Shown: positions 1 through 13,119, numbered from the whole stretch's first letter. The stretch: DNA of 63,585 nucleotides, filler included, from Octopus bimaculoides (GCF_001194135.2; 5 parts of 5 records of this genome joined end to end with filler, not necessarily neighbours in it), one strand, 5' to 3'. Program-made: numbers and translations. The notes: generated by a model from the sequence alone, not told the origin.

Positions 1-399
1 TATATATATATCACTGTAAGGCTTCCCAGGGGCACCTTCTTCGGCTGCATGAAGAACTGATAGTTAAGTGCACGCTTCCATTACTTAATGAGGAGGTGAG
101 CTGAAAATAATGTTTGCTTAATTGAAATTATTACTTCAGTGTGAAGAAAAGTAATTAGCTTTAGGGGGGGAAAAAAAGCATTTGTGCGGATGAGAATACG
201 AATGTTTATCTGTGTGTCTCTGTGTGTGCGTGTACATACGTATGTATGCATGTGTGTGATGTAAATACACCCCTCCACACACACACACACACTCTCTCTC
301 ACGCATGCACACACACACACACACACACATGAATACATATACGCACATACAATTTCTAGTCATTTCCACATTTCAAGTTGAAAATGATGACTGTGATGA

Positions 400-440
400 T
401 GATGATGATAATGATGATGATGATGATGAGGAGGAGGAGG

Positions 441-471
<31 letters not shown>

Positions 472-551
472 GTAGCAGCATCGACAACATCGTAGTGGTG
501 GTGGTGGTGGTCGTCGCCGTCGTTATTATCTCCTTTCTTTGTCCTTCCATT

Positions 552-584
<33 letters not shown>

Positions 585-585
585 T

Positions 586-644
<59 letters not shown>

Positions 645-950
645 CTCTACCTCTCTCTCTCCCCCTCCCTCTCTCCATCTCTCTCTCTCTATATATATAT
701 GCATGTATGTATGCATGTATGTATGTATGCATGTATGTATGTATGTATGTATGTACGTACGTATGTATGTATGTATGTATGCATGTATGCATGTATGTAT
801 GTATGTATGTATGTATGTATGCATGTATGTATGTATGCATGTATGTATGCATGTATGCATGTATGTATGTATGTATATATGTATGTATGCATGTATGCAT
901 GTATGTATGTATGCATGTATGCATGTGTGTGTATGCTTGTGCATGTATGA
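400..950. repeat. Compound microsatellite (ATG/ATC)n-(CT)n-(TATG)n
   Basis: Direct inspection. Similar simple repeats recur throughout, e.g. 3206-3722, 28500-28570, 41340-41460, 47200-48300, 51540-52070 and 62750-63080. Confidence 0.95.
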
Positions 951-1097
951 AAGTGATTCTGGTGCACCTTTATACGTTGATTGCTAAAGAAGGTAACTGA
1001 AATCAAAGCATAAATATGGATTAGTAGCATTGCCTGAAGAAACGATTATGGCGAAACTATTTGCTATCACGCACTGAGAGATAAATCCAGCTATTGA

Positions 1098-1129
<32 letters not shown>

Positions 1130-1332
1130 GTGTCAATATCGGCTCTCCGTCAATATAGGCGATGGCTGTTATGTATAGTCACGAGCCATGAATTGCTCTT
1201 CTCATCTTCTTTCCGTCCTGAGCTGTTTTGATCCATTCGTGGCTTTCTATTGTGAAACTCTTCGTGTTATGTTTAACCAAATCCTCGTATTTCAGCTGAC
1301 GTCTGTCACGATTTCTGGTGCTATTTCTGGTG

Positions 1333-1374
1333 TGTCCGAAGATAGCGAAACCTCGGTTTCGCTATCTTTGGACA
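1333..1374. repeat. 42-bp near-perfect palindrome
   Basis: TGTCCGAAGATAGCGAAACC-TC-GGTTTCGCTATCTTTGGACA. Confidence 0.9.
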
Positions 1375-1429
1375 TTCCCGGATCTGCGTAGGTTTCACTG
1401 CATTAAAATCTCTTCCATGGCAATAGAAG

Positions 1430-2000
1430 CCGACTTTTTTCTGAGATAATTATCATTATGACTTTACCCTTCTGATCTACATCAAGTGTCTCACCATGAA
1501 TCCATGCAGCTATTATTCTTATTATTTTTATATCATTATTTGTTACCTGTTTGTAGTATGAGGTCCCTACTTCCAATTCTTACAATATGGTGGGCAATAT
1601 CATTGCTTCGTATATTTTTACACATCATATGGACTGAAACGTGCTTTTTTCTTCGAAGTTCATCCTCCCAACTTTCCGAATACTGAGTTGGCCATCCTGC
1701 CATATAACCCATCACTGAAGGAGGTACCATCAACACTAATTCTACTGCCTGGAGAGTTAAAGCGGTTTGAATCGACCTGCTTCTGACTTTCAATGTTCAT
1801 GATGGCCTCAGTTTGTGTCGTGAGCCATCGCGTTACTCGCATGTCATCGTTTCTCTGATGGAAACCGTCAGTCTTCCAGATGTTGATTGAGTGGCTGTAC
1901 TTCCGAAAGCATCCGTCGGGCCCTGCATGTTCTCCACTCTGTGGGGAGACCAGGATACATCAAGCTGTGCACTGATGATGTTCAACAGTTTAACACCTTA
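1430..2000 (-). mobile_element. Decayed RTE-like LINE reverse-transcriptase fragment
   Basis: Frame-broken minus-strand peptides SINIWKTDGFHQ, GSRISVDG...RMANSVFGKL and VKIYEAMILPTIL match the post-YADD RTE motifs (TINxxKTEVMxQ; LGSxISxDG...AFGKL; KxxVYxAxVLPTLLYG). Confidence 0.6.
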
Positions 2001-2290
2001 TAACATTTTGTAAGGACTCGACTAGACAACTAGACTTCTCAGAATATCCAAACCTTCTGCATTCCTGACAAAGATTTGTCCAGATAACTGAGGCGAATGC
2101 TTGGTGAAGCAATGAAGCAATAAGAGTAGTAATAATACAGAAATAATACAATGAAGTAGTAATACAGAATGAAGTAGGAGCTGCGACCGGTGTGTATGCT
2201 GTTATCACAATTATCTATACACTCAATACGTGTATATGCGTGTATAATAATGCCTTATCTCATGCCTTGATGTTGTTTAGTCCAAAGTCA

Positions 2291-3912
2291 ATCACGATAA
2301 AACAGACTTATGATTAAAGATAGATAGGATAATGATCCTCCCTGAATCATAGGATCGGTTTATCGGTTTCTGTAGAGCATTTATTTCCCCACGCCCGGAC
2401 GAAGTGGGGGAAATACACACACACACTGGATCACAATCTCACTGCCTCACTCACTCACTGGCTCACACGTACGCCCCCCCCCACGCACACGCACGCGCAC
2501 CCCCCCACACACACACGAACGCGCATACACGTTAATGTTTGTTTTTATGTTCAGCTACTGGAGCGGGTTCTGGCCATCTCTCAAGCGACGGTTGTTCGCG
2601 ACTGAGGATGAGCAAAACTAAGTCGAAACCGNNNNNNNNNNNNNNNNNNNNNNNNNNNNNNNNNNNNNNNNNNNNNNNNNNNNNNNNNNNNNNNNNNNNN
2701 NNNNNNNNNNNNNNNNNNNNNNNNNNNNNNNNNNNNNNNNNNNNNNNNNNNNNNNNNNNNNNNNNNNNNNNNNNNNNNNNNNNNNNNNNNNNNNNNNNNN
2801 NNNNNNNNNNNNNNNNNNNNNNNNNNNNNNNNNNNNNNNNNNNNNNNNNNNNNNNNNNNNNNNNNNNNNNNNNNNNNNNNNNNNNNNNNNNNNNNNNNNN
2901 NNNNNNNNNNNNNNNNNNNNNNNNNNNNNNNNNNNNNNNNNNNNNNNNNNNNNNNNNNNNNNNNNNNNNNNNNNNNNNNNNNNNNNNNNNNNNNNNNNNN
3001 NNNNNNNNNNNNNNNNNNNNNNNNNNNNNNNNNNNNNNNNNNNNNNNNNNNNNNNNNNNNNNNNNNNNNNNNNNNNNNNNNNNNNNNNNNNNNNNNNNNN
3101 NNNNNNNNNNNNNNNNNNNNNNNNNNNNNNNNNNNNNNNNNNNNNNNNNNNNNNNNNNNNNNNNNNNNNNNNNNNNNNNNNNNNNNNNNNNNNNNNNNNN
3201 NNNNNTATATATGTATGTTTGTATGGACGTACGCATGTATGTACATACGTAAGTATGTATGTACGTACGTATATATGTATGCACGTACGCATGCGTGTAC
3301 GTAGTATGTATGTACGTACGTAAGTATGTATGTATGTATGTATGTATGTACATACGTACGTATGTATGTATGTACTACGCATGTATATACGTAAGTACGT
3401 ATGTATGTATATATGTATGTATGCATGTATGTACGTACGTATGTACGTACGTATGTACGTACGTATGCATGTATGTACTACATATGTATGTATATATGTA
3501 CGTACGTATGTATGTACGTACATGTGTGTGTACGTACGTATGTATGTATGTACGTACGTACGTATGTATGTATGTATATATGTATGTAAGTATGTATGTA
3601 CATACGTACGTATGTATGTATATACGTATGTATGTATACATGCAAGTAAGTATACATGTACGTCCGTATGTATGTATGTATCTACGTATATATTTACGTT
3701 TGTATGTATGCACGTATGTATGTACCCTACCCGTTTTGTAGTCTGCGTTCCCGTCTCCTCATTTCGTGATAGCCAGTGAGTGTGAGTATTTCCCCCACTC
3801 CGTCCGGACGTGGGGGAAATAAATGCTCCACAGAAACCGATAAACCGATCCTATAATTCAGGGAGGATCATTATCCTATCTATCTTTGAACATAAGTCTG
3901 ATTTATCGTGAT
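2291..3912. repeat. Long inverted repeat, arms 2291-2416 and 3786-3912
   Basis: By manual alignment, 7 substitutions plus 1 indel over ~127 bp (~94% identity). Confidence 0.9.
2602..2631 (+). ncRNA. Hammerhead-like core truncated by an N gap
   Basis: CTGAGGA-T-GA...TC-GAAACCG[N]. Core motifs are present, stem II is weak, and the 3' part is missing. Confidence 0.3.
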
Positions 3913-4435
3913 ACAATCTTGCAAACCTCCCTCCCCACCTACTTGTACTCATCTCGCTCCTTGGGAGGTGTCCTGGACATCTCATCGCTACCATTTCTCT
4001 CATCGCAGCTCCAGCTGGTCGTTCTCTCTCCCTCTCTTCCCAAATGTGAGTAGCCATGCAGTTTCCCCCATAAGAAGCTGCTCTGCTCCTCACTTCCCCC
4101 ATTCTCTGACTCCGTCGTTCCTTAGCATAAAGCCGAAATTCTCCCTCGAGGGGTCTTAGTCGTGCGAGCCGCGTTGTGACTTCGACAGCGCAGGATGGTA
4201 TGGTGGGGTTGGGGTGGGGGTGGGGGGAAAGCACCCAGTGTACTCTTTGAAGTGGTTGGCATTAGGAAGGGCATCCAACAGTAGAAACTCTGCCAAAGTA
4301 GACAACTGTAGCACGATGCAGTTCTTGAACCCATCGAATCTTGTTAAACGGTCCAACCTTGGTCTTAAGTGATGATGATGATGATGATGACGACGACGAT
4401 GACAGTGATGATGATGATGATGATGATGACGACAG

Positions 4436-4466
<31 letters not shown>

Positions 4467-7006
4467 ATCTGTGTGTGTGTATCTATGTAGCTGATCGTGT
4501 GTCTGTGTGCTTGTGTCTGCAGGACACACGAAGATAAAGGGAGTAGACGCTTGCATTCGTATACACATAAATATACATTTGTGCGTACGTCTGTAATGTA
4601 TAGATGTGTGTGTGTATGTGTGTGCATGCGTGTGAGTGTCTGTATGTGTGTGCATGCGTGTGAGTGTGTGTACAGACAGAGAAAGATAATAATAGATAGA
4701 TAAACAAACAGACACAGATAGACAAACAGAATGATAGACAGACAGATAGATAAATACACTTGCATAATACATACGTACATAATACAGACAAATATTAAGG
4801 GCTAGTAATTAACTGAAAGCTATTCGCAATATATATAAACCTCAAGGCGGTATTAAACGTCGAATAACAGACACACACACACACACATTGTATGTCTATG
4901 TATGTGTATACACGTTTACATATACAAACACACGTATTCATATCTAAACACACCCGTGTCTCTGTGTGTGTGTGTGTAATTTCTTGTTGATATCGTATGC
5001 TTGTCTCCCCTTTTTTTCTTGCCCCTTATCAACTTTCATTACTCAGTCTGCTCTCTTATAAACCCTTTATCGTTTCATATCCTGTCTCTGTCACAGTCAC
5101 ACGGCCTCCCACTCCTTCTTAAACGCCTTCTTTCTTTCTTTCTTTTCTTTCTGTCTACTCTTTTCCTTTTCCTTTCCCTCGTTTTTTCTTCTCCCCCTCT
5201 TACTACTCTGCACTCACACTCCACTGCTTTCTATTTCCTCCCCTTCTCATTGCCATTTCTCCCTCTCACTCTCACTCTCTCTCTTGCCCCGTTCCCCGCC
5301 TCCCTCTCTTAAACAATCAACGGTTATTTCCTTCCTTTCTCCAAATCACTTACTTCACCAAATCACCTTCTCCTTTTCCTCCCTCAGTGACTCATACTCT
5401 TTTCCCCTCTCTCTCTTCGTTTCTCATAGCACACTAGCTAGGATTAGGTCGACGACACACAAAAGCAGGTACTTGCTTAACTGCTGTGGTTGAGCAGGCA
5501 GAATATATAGATATATATATATATATATTATATATCATATGTATATATATATGATATATAATATATACGCATACAGGAATTAAAAAGAACAGGCCAAACC
5601 AATCTCCCTCCCCCACTGTGACTATTACTCCTTCCTTCACGACACAAACCGCCAGTTTTGAGTGAGTGCGGACGGGAATAACCAACTGTCCGTGTATGTG
5701 TTGTATTTGTGTTATAAGCAAGCCATACACACACCATACCACATCACATTTAGACTGGATTAGACACACTACTACCCCTGTCATCCTAGTGTCCGTATGT
5801 GTATTAGTATTATAAAAGACACACACACTGGAATAGAAATATTCTACCCTTACCACCAGAACTAAAATCTTGTCAAAGACAGAATATTGGAAACTTCATT
5901 TAAATTACTCCGGTTAAATTATATTCTGCAAGGAAGGAAAAACAGAATTATTTTTCTGAATTTACTTATTTTCTTCTTCTTCCACAACAAGGATTATTAT
6001 TATTACTTATTACCGTGGATTTACTTGCTACGAAAAGACAGGAAGATCTACTCCACACATTCAACTACACGATTCTTTCACCAACCTTCTGTTTTCCCTT
6101 CTGTACCATTTATATATAATATTATAAGTAAGTTTATAAAACTAGTCACTAATTCCCTTTCTTTTTACTAAAATAAGTGTAAAATTTATTTTGTTTATTT
6201 TGAAACTTCAAAAAGACCCCTAGTTAATAAGAAGCCCGCTACCCCATATCTATTTAATCNNNNNNNNNNNNNNNNNNNNNNNNNNNNNNNNNNNNNNNNN
6301 NNNNNNNNNNNNNNNNNNNNNNNNNNNNNNNNNNNNNNNNNNNNNNNNNNNNNNNNNNNNNNNNNNNNNNNNNNNNNNNNNNNNNNNNNNNNNNNNNNNN
6401 NNNNNNNNNNNNNNNNNNNNNNNNNNNNNNNNNNNNNNNNNNNNNNNNNNNNNNNNNNNNNNNNNNNNNNNNNNNNNNNNNNNNNNNNNNNNNNNNNNNN
6501 NNNNNNNNNNNNNNNNNNNNNNNNNNNNNNNNNNNNNNNNNNNNNNNNNNNNNNNNNNNNNNNNNNNNNNNNNNNNNNNNNNNNNNNNNNNNNNNNNNNN
6601 NNNNNNNNNNNNNNNNNNNNNNNNNNNNNNNNNNNNNNNNNNNNNNNNNNNNNNNNNNNNNNNNNNNNNNNNNNNNNNNNNNNNNNNNNNNNNNNNNNNN
6701 NNNNNNNNNNNNNNNNNNNNNNNNNNNNNNNNNNNNNNNNNNNNNNNNNNNNNNNNNNNNNNNNNNNNNNNNNNNNNNNNNNNNNNNNNNNNNNNNNNNN
6801 NTCTAGCTACTTTTCCCTAGTTTTCTTATATTCTTCGTTGTATATCTCTTTATTTTTAATCCGTCTCTAATCGTTTAATTTCCCCCCTTCTCCGATTTTT
6901 CTGTTTAAAACAAGCATCAAAATATTTCCGCTTTTCTAAAATATAATTCATATATCTCTCCAGTAAGGAAAAGGAAGCCTTTAAATTCCAAAAAAAGGGG
7001 AGAACC

Positions 7007-7124
7007 ATGGGTTGTGCTGTGAGTAGTGTGGACAAGGCTGCCGCCGAGCGGTCTAAGGCCATTGATAAATCATTGAGAGCAGAAGGAGAACGATCTGCCC
7101 GGGAAGTTAAATTACTATTGCTAG
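7007..7124 (+). CDS. GNAI: First coding exon of a heterotrimeric G-protein alpha subunit, Gi class (partial gene)
   Basis: accATGG Kozak context. Translates [40 protein letters not shown], with the MGCxxS myristoylation/palmitoylation motif and the EVKLLLLG entry to the P-loop. Ends at AG|GTAAGT after 118 coding nt (phase 1), the same exon-1 boundary as vertebrate GNAI/GNAO genes. MGCAVS...IDxxLRAEGERxAxEVK resembles invertebrate G-alpha-i more than G-alpha-o. Confidence 0.93.
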
Positions 7125-7130
7125 GTAAGT
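7125..7130 (+). other. 5' splice donor of G-alpha-i intron 1
   Basis: GTAAGT directly after ...CTAG, a perfect consensus. Confidence 0.9.
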
Positions 7131-10100
7131 AAACGTTCTTAATTATTATTGTTCTTGTTATTCTAAGTTCACATCCCGTCTTCATCGTCTTGACTTTTCA
7201 TTGTTCCGGGGGCTCGTTTAAAATAAAGTACTTGTGTCGAGTATCGCGATCTGGAGTAGCTGAGTCGGTTGAGTCGCAGACATATGCTTGCTGTATTTAA
7301 GCTTATGTTCTGAGTTCAAATCCCGCAACCGATGTAACTTTGTTTTTTCATCCTCCAGGGATTGATAAAACAAAGTACGAGTCAAACACTTCGTCGATAT
7401 GATATTCCTATAATTCGTCATCGATGTGGATAGAATTATAATAGAAGACGCTATTGTATACGTATGCCTACTAAACCCTTTACCTTAAACTTGTTACACA
7501 GTATACTTAGAACCGTTATTATTAAAATATTTTCAGGATCGATTTTACCTTTCATATTTCCGTGATCGGGACGATATTATCGAGTACCTCAACCCTTAAT
7601 CAAAATGGGAGGTTTGTGCCTATATTGGGGGTGGGGGGAAATCATTATTGTTATTAGTCTTTTAATTAGGTCCTTTCTTGGTTATGAGTTCAAATCTTGC
7701 CGAGATTTACTTAGCTTTTTATCGTTCGGGCTGTAGGTAAATAGGTACCCAACCAGTTACTGAGAGGGCAGGGATTGATTAATCAACCGAATCCCTTCCC
7801 CTTCAAAATTATAGGGGCCGTCTTTCACCATTTGAAATAAGTGTCGTTGTTGTTGTTGTTATTAGTTCCCTATGGCTTTCCGTATATAAGTTCGAATTTC
7901 ACCAAGGGGTCAGCTTTTCTCTCTTCACCCCTATCCGGTGTCAGTAAACGAAGTCCCTACCACCTTGTAAGCAACCAGGTCTCTACATTGTAGCTAGATT
8001 TGCTAGAAACAGCAGCCAACTCTTCAAGTCACACCCTACTACTTAGAAAAAAGGAAATTATATATGTGCATTAGCTAATGTCATCCGAGGTAGTCACGGC
8101 TGGAGCACCTTTGATCGTAGGTCAACTTGATCTGGGTCAACACGGGGTTGAACAACAACATCTGTAACGCATCAGTCAACCCTGTCTGCTAGAAATAGCA
8201 CCCGAAATGTCCACCAAATTACACAACTCGATCAGAATCGACCTGTGGTTTAAACAACATTCTTGTTTGTAGACCTGTTGGTGAGCGCCGGGTTGTAGCA
8301 ATAGTAATAATAGCTTCCGGCTTGTCATCTCAACGACCTGGTTTCGATTCCCGGCTGTTAACATTTTGCCCTTTTAGTTTTATGCCAGCACGGTGTGTGT
8401 GTGTGAACTAAAGAGAGGTCCTTTGTTCTGTGGATCAGCATACTAGTAATAACAGCCAGATCTTCCTCAAGTCACATACTCCTGTCTTTAAAAACAAGGA
8501 AGGACATATAACGTGGGAACTAGTTGCGATCTGCGTCAGCAAAAAAGTTTTCAGTGAAGCTAATTCAGTTTGGATACCCCACGGCATACAAATAGACGAA
8601 CTTAACGAAGTCTATTATATTTAAAATATGACAAGATGGTCGAGGGTGGAACGTCTGGATGATGACTCGGGACTAACCTGGAGCTATAACAACACTGCTG
8701 CCGATGCTTATCAAAGACTTATTATAGTTAGAGACAGATGTCGTAGGTTGTCTAGCAGTGCGATTCTTGGGTAATCTTTGACTATAGCTGTCCGTTTTCA
8801 CTTCATTAAACTTGTTGCTTGATTCGTTGTATTTTCTCATCTTCACCTGTTCTACCATTTGTTGTAAAGAAAAAAAGACAGGTTAGGCCCATTGGGGTAC
8901 GTTGTTGGGTTCAGCTTGATTTTTTTTTTCTCTTTTTGTGCGTTCTTTATTTTTGTTGTTATTGTATAATTATGACATGTTAACCTATCACACACACACA
9001 TATNNNNNNNNNNNNNNNNNNNNNNNNNNNNNNNNNNNNNNNNNNNNNNNNNNNNNNNNNNNNNNNNNNNNNNNNNNNNNNNNNNNNNNNNNNNNNNNNN
9101 NNNNNNNNNNNNNNNNNNNNNNNNNNNNNNNNNNNNNNATATATATATATATATATATATATAGTCTTAAGAAACATTCAAGGTGTGGTGATGATATACG
9201 CAAACTAGGTTTCGATTCTTGGGTGCAGCGGTCAGTCATATCGTTATAATTTCCTTTAAGGAAATACGTCACAAATTCATAATATATCTTAGTAAATCGT
9301 TCTTTAAACCTCAAGACAGTGCTGATACTGTAGTGCTATGATCAAAATTGTCCTATGATCCGTGGCCATCTCGGTATAGTTATTATGCTATATACAATTA
9401 CCTGTTCTCTTTTCTTTAACGAAGTTCCTTGTTGGAACCGGTTCCGTTATTACCTTTAATGCCTCTATTGGCATGTATGAACACACAACGTCATGTTGTC
9501 TCAGAATCTGTGAAAATTTACCGAATTATCGGCAGACAGGGTTACTACTACTAACATATGCACCCGTTTCAAAATTTAAGCAAGAATTCGGGGTAGGCTT
9601 TGTGGAACTGGGGTAGGTTTAATAAACTAACCCTTCTTATATATAGGGGACTTTATGGCTATATTATTTATTATTGTTTGTATTAGTATTTTAATTATTC
9701 AATTGATTAAAAAGTACTAGGTTGGTACTTTTGTCGAGCTAATCAACCATTCAATTAGACACGAAGCCCCAAATAATGGTTTTGTATTTAATTTAGAAAA
9801 TAATTACCTGAAAGGCTAAAAATCTAAACAATATTCCATTTACGGAAAAACCATATTTCTTTAAATTGTTGTTGCATGTGCGAAAAACCACCAAGTTATA
9901 GCCATTCTTTCGAAAATTTAGCTTCGAGAATAGCAAATGTTTTGTTAATATTTAAGAATTATATATTCAAGCTTCCAAAACAAAGAATTTCCCGAGAAAT
10001 ATCAGTATCTGCATCAATTTTATATAAGAATATTTTATAGAAATATAAAATTTAATTCCTCACAAAACGGCTTTATTAGAATGAAGACAGATTCTGTCTG

Positions 10101-10366
10101 AAATATTTGGTTTTTGTTTTCCACATGCCGCTAAACCAATTTATTCTACGTTGAACGATTTCTATTAACTAAATTAACCCTCGCAGATCTCTTTTAATTT
10201 CCTCAAATCCTATCGTTTATTTTAAATATAGAAATATTCAAATATTCCTCAAATATTTCGAATAAATAAATCGACAATATATTTGCATAAACAATTGTCT
10301 TCAAAATGTCTATGAATTATTTATCCATTTCATGTATATTAATATATACCTGAATTAAAGTGTGTG

Positions 10367-10412
<46 letters not shown>

Positions 10413-12114
10413 CACACTTTGTGCATTCTATATCATAGAATAGTATTAAAAGCAGCCACGTAGTGATTTTCGAGTAAATAATTCCCAAAATACTGCTACA
10501 AGAGAGACCATATGTTTTCAGTTCTTACATTTGGAACCGTGTCGTCTTTTAACTATTTTATTTTGTTTATTTATCTATTAATTTGTGTTTAATTTACGTA
10601 TATTACTATGTAAAGGGGGGTGAGTGGAGGTGTTCGGACTCGCCTCTATTTATTTATTTATTTTGAATATTTTACGTGTCGGCTCTGTTGCTGTTTGGTT
10701 CTATATTCTCTTCATAATTTGTCTACACACATTCACACACACACACACACACACACGCAAACCCGCACACACTCTGACAACTGAAATTTTTAAATCCTAT
10801 TTTGTCGGTTAAAGCGAAAAGTCTCAGAACTCTTAATCTCTCTCTCTTTCTCTCCTTCTCACACACGCATTATTCTCTTTCTCTCCTCCCCTCTCTCTTT
10901 TCTAAACCCTTCCTTACTCCCTCCACCCCTATTATTCCTATTCTCCCACCCCAATTCCTTCCGCAATACCTCTCCTTAGCTACTCCCTCTCTTTCGCCCA
11001 CATCCACCTTCCTACCCAAGTTGCGTCAAGTATTTATTCCAGCCACTATAACAATAAACACACTGACCACTCAGATAGGTTCAATTGGGAAGCTGATACG
11101 CATTCAGGGTAGGTTGGTTAGTCGGGTAGGTATGCAGGAGAACACGTTAAGTCTTGTCTATTACATCTGGAGTATGTATGTATGTATAAATGTATGTATG
11201 TATGTGCAGTTATTGCATCAATGTATTGCTTCTGCGTCTATATAATATATGCGTGGGTATATATATATATATATATGTATATGTATATATATGTATGTAT
11301 ATATATGTATATATATAAACTGAAGGATCACTCTGTTTTAAGTAGGGTATAATACACACACACACACACACACACACAATATGATGGTTTATAACTTTAT
11401 GTTTGTGGGCGTGGGAACAATATTAACTGTTAATGCATGCATGTACACTGCGTATAATACTATGAGTATTATGTATAGTGATTTCACTAGTGTGTATGTG
11501 TGTGTGTGTGTGTGTGTGTATATAGGGATTGCGTTACTGTATGTGTGTTATCTGTTTGTGTGTATGCGTGCAATGCTCAAAAGACTGTAGCTCTTAATAA
11601 CTACGTTTATGTTTGTACGCGTTAGAAGAATCACACACACACACACACTCATAGTGATCCCTGCAAACAATTAACTGTTGGTATGTGTGTTTGTGTAGTG
11701 ATGGTAGTCGATATACGTATATCTGTGTGTGTGTGTCAAATATTTTAACTGTTGCTATGTCTGCGTGTATGAGAGAAAGAACATTGTGTTGCTTCTAATA
11801 CGAAGAGGCAAGCTTAAATTATTTAAACAGCTGGTTGTCTTGGATTGACAAGGGCACCAAACTGGATAGGAGACATCGATTTACTAGTAATAGCAGTCAA
11901 ATATCCCTCAAATTTCAGTCTCGTTTTAAATAATAAAAAAGAAAGGTAGGAAAAATGCTCTAGATAACGAAGTCTTGTTTATGTGTGAACCACCACCACA
12001 CCATCAAAAACAGGCCCCTAAGCGGCTTACTAGAAAGAACAGTTAAATTATCCTCGAATCACATCTTATTGTCTTAAGAAGTAAGCTATGCAATAAAAGA
12101 TAAACTGCTCTGTA

Positions 12115-12350
12115 TGTGGTACGCTACCCAGCAAAATATAAGCTATTCAGCAGGAAGTACCCAGCTGGAGGTAATCTACCTCGCATGAGGTATGCGACTC
12201 AGGAAGAGGTAAGCTACCCAGGAGAAGGTAAGCTCTCCTGCAAGAAATAAGCTACCCAGCATGAGGTAAGCTAGTCTGTATCAGGTAAGCTACTCCGCAG
12301 GAGGTCGGCTATCCACAAGGTGTAACCCAAGAGGTACACTACCCAGCGTG
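12115..12350 (+). repeat. Degenerate 19-bp minisatellite (consensus about AGGTAAGCTACCCAGCAxG)
   Basis: Unit starts at 12169, 12188, 12207, 12226, 12245, 12264, 12283 and 12302, an exact 19-bp spacing. Confidence 0.85.
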
Positions 12351-12658
12351 CAAAGGGCACAATACGGTTTCATTCGCTGGTTAAAAACTATTTTTCTTTT
12401 GAAATTGATAATTGTTGTTGGTGGTGGTCGTGGTCGGAGTCCATCTTTTATTTGTTTCAGTTGTTGAACTGCGGCCATGCTGGGGCACCGCATTGAAGGG
12501 TTTTAATCAAACAAATCGACCCCAGTACTCGTGTTTTCTTTCTGGTACTTATTCTATNNNNNNNNNNNNNNNNNNNNNNNNNNNNNNNNNNNNNNNNNNN
12601 NNNNNNNNNNNNNNNNNNNNNNNNNNNNNNNNNNNNNNNNNNNNNNNNNNNNNNNNNN

Positions 12659-12707
<49 letters not shown>

Positions 12708-13119
12708 CATTGTCATCATTTAACGTCCGTTTTCCATGGGTACAGGTTTGGCGGTTTGACAGAAGCTAGTCAGAAGACTGCGCCAGGATTTTTTCAGTTT
12801 ACGTCTAGCAAATCCAGTCTAGCTGTAGTAAATGACACTTGCCTAAGGTGCCGCACAGTGGGACTGAACCTGGAACCATGTTCTTGGGAAGAAAGCTCCT
12901 TAACCACACAACCACGCCTGATAGATAGACAGATCGACAGAAAGGCAGAAAATGGATGAAACAAGTAAAGATACCTATAAACATTGACTAACTTTAGTCT
13001 AGTAAGAAAGAAGTACCTAGAAAATGTTTATTTCGAATATGTATATATTCATATATTCTATGTTCAAATCCTTCAGAGACAGGCTTTGTCTTTTTCTTTT
13101 TATCTTTCCTTTATGATCG

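Noticed and set aside
81-1030. Many long ORFs (YVCM, HTHT, LSLS, IIII and similar) here and throughout the track
   Set aside because: They are translations of microsatellites or N gaps with no complexity or domain signal.
6856-7185. 109-aa minus-strand ORF
   Set aside because: It is the antisense shadow of the G-alpha-i exon.
9830-9970. INK...FSHxQ spacing reminiscent of a Helitron helicase motif (minus strand)
   Set aside because: The intervening residues do not match and stops are present, so it is likely coincidence.
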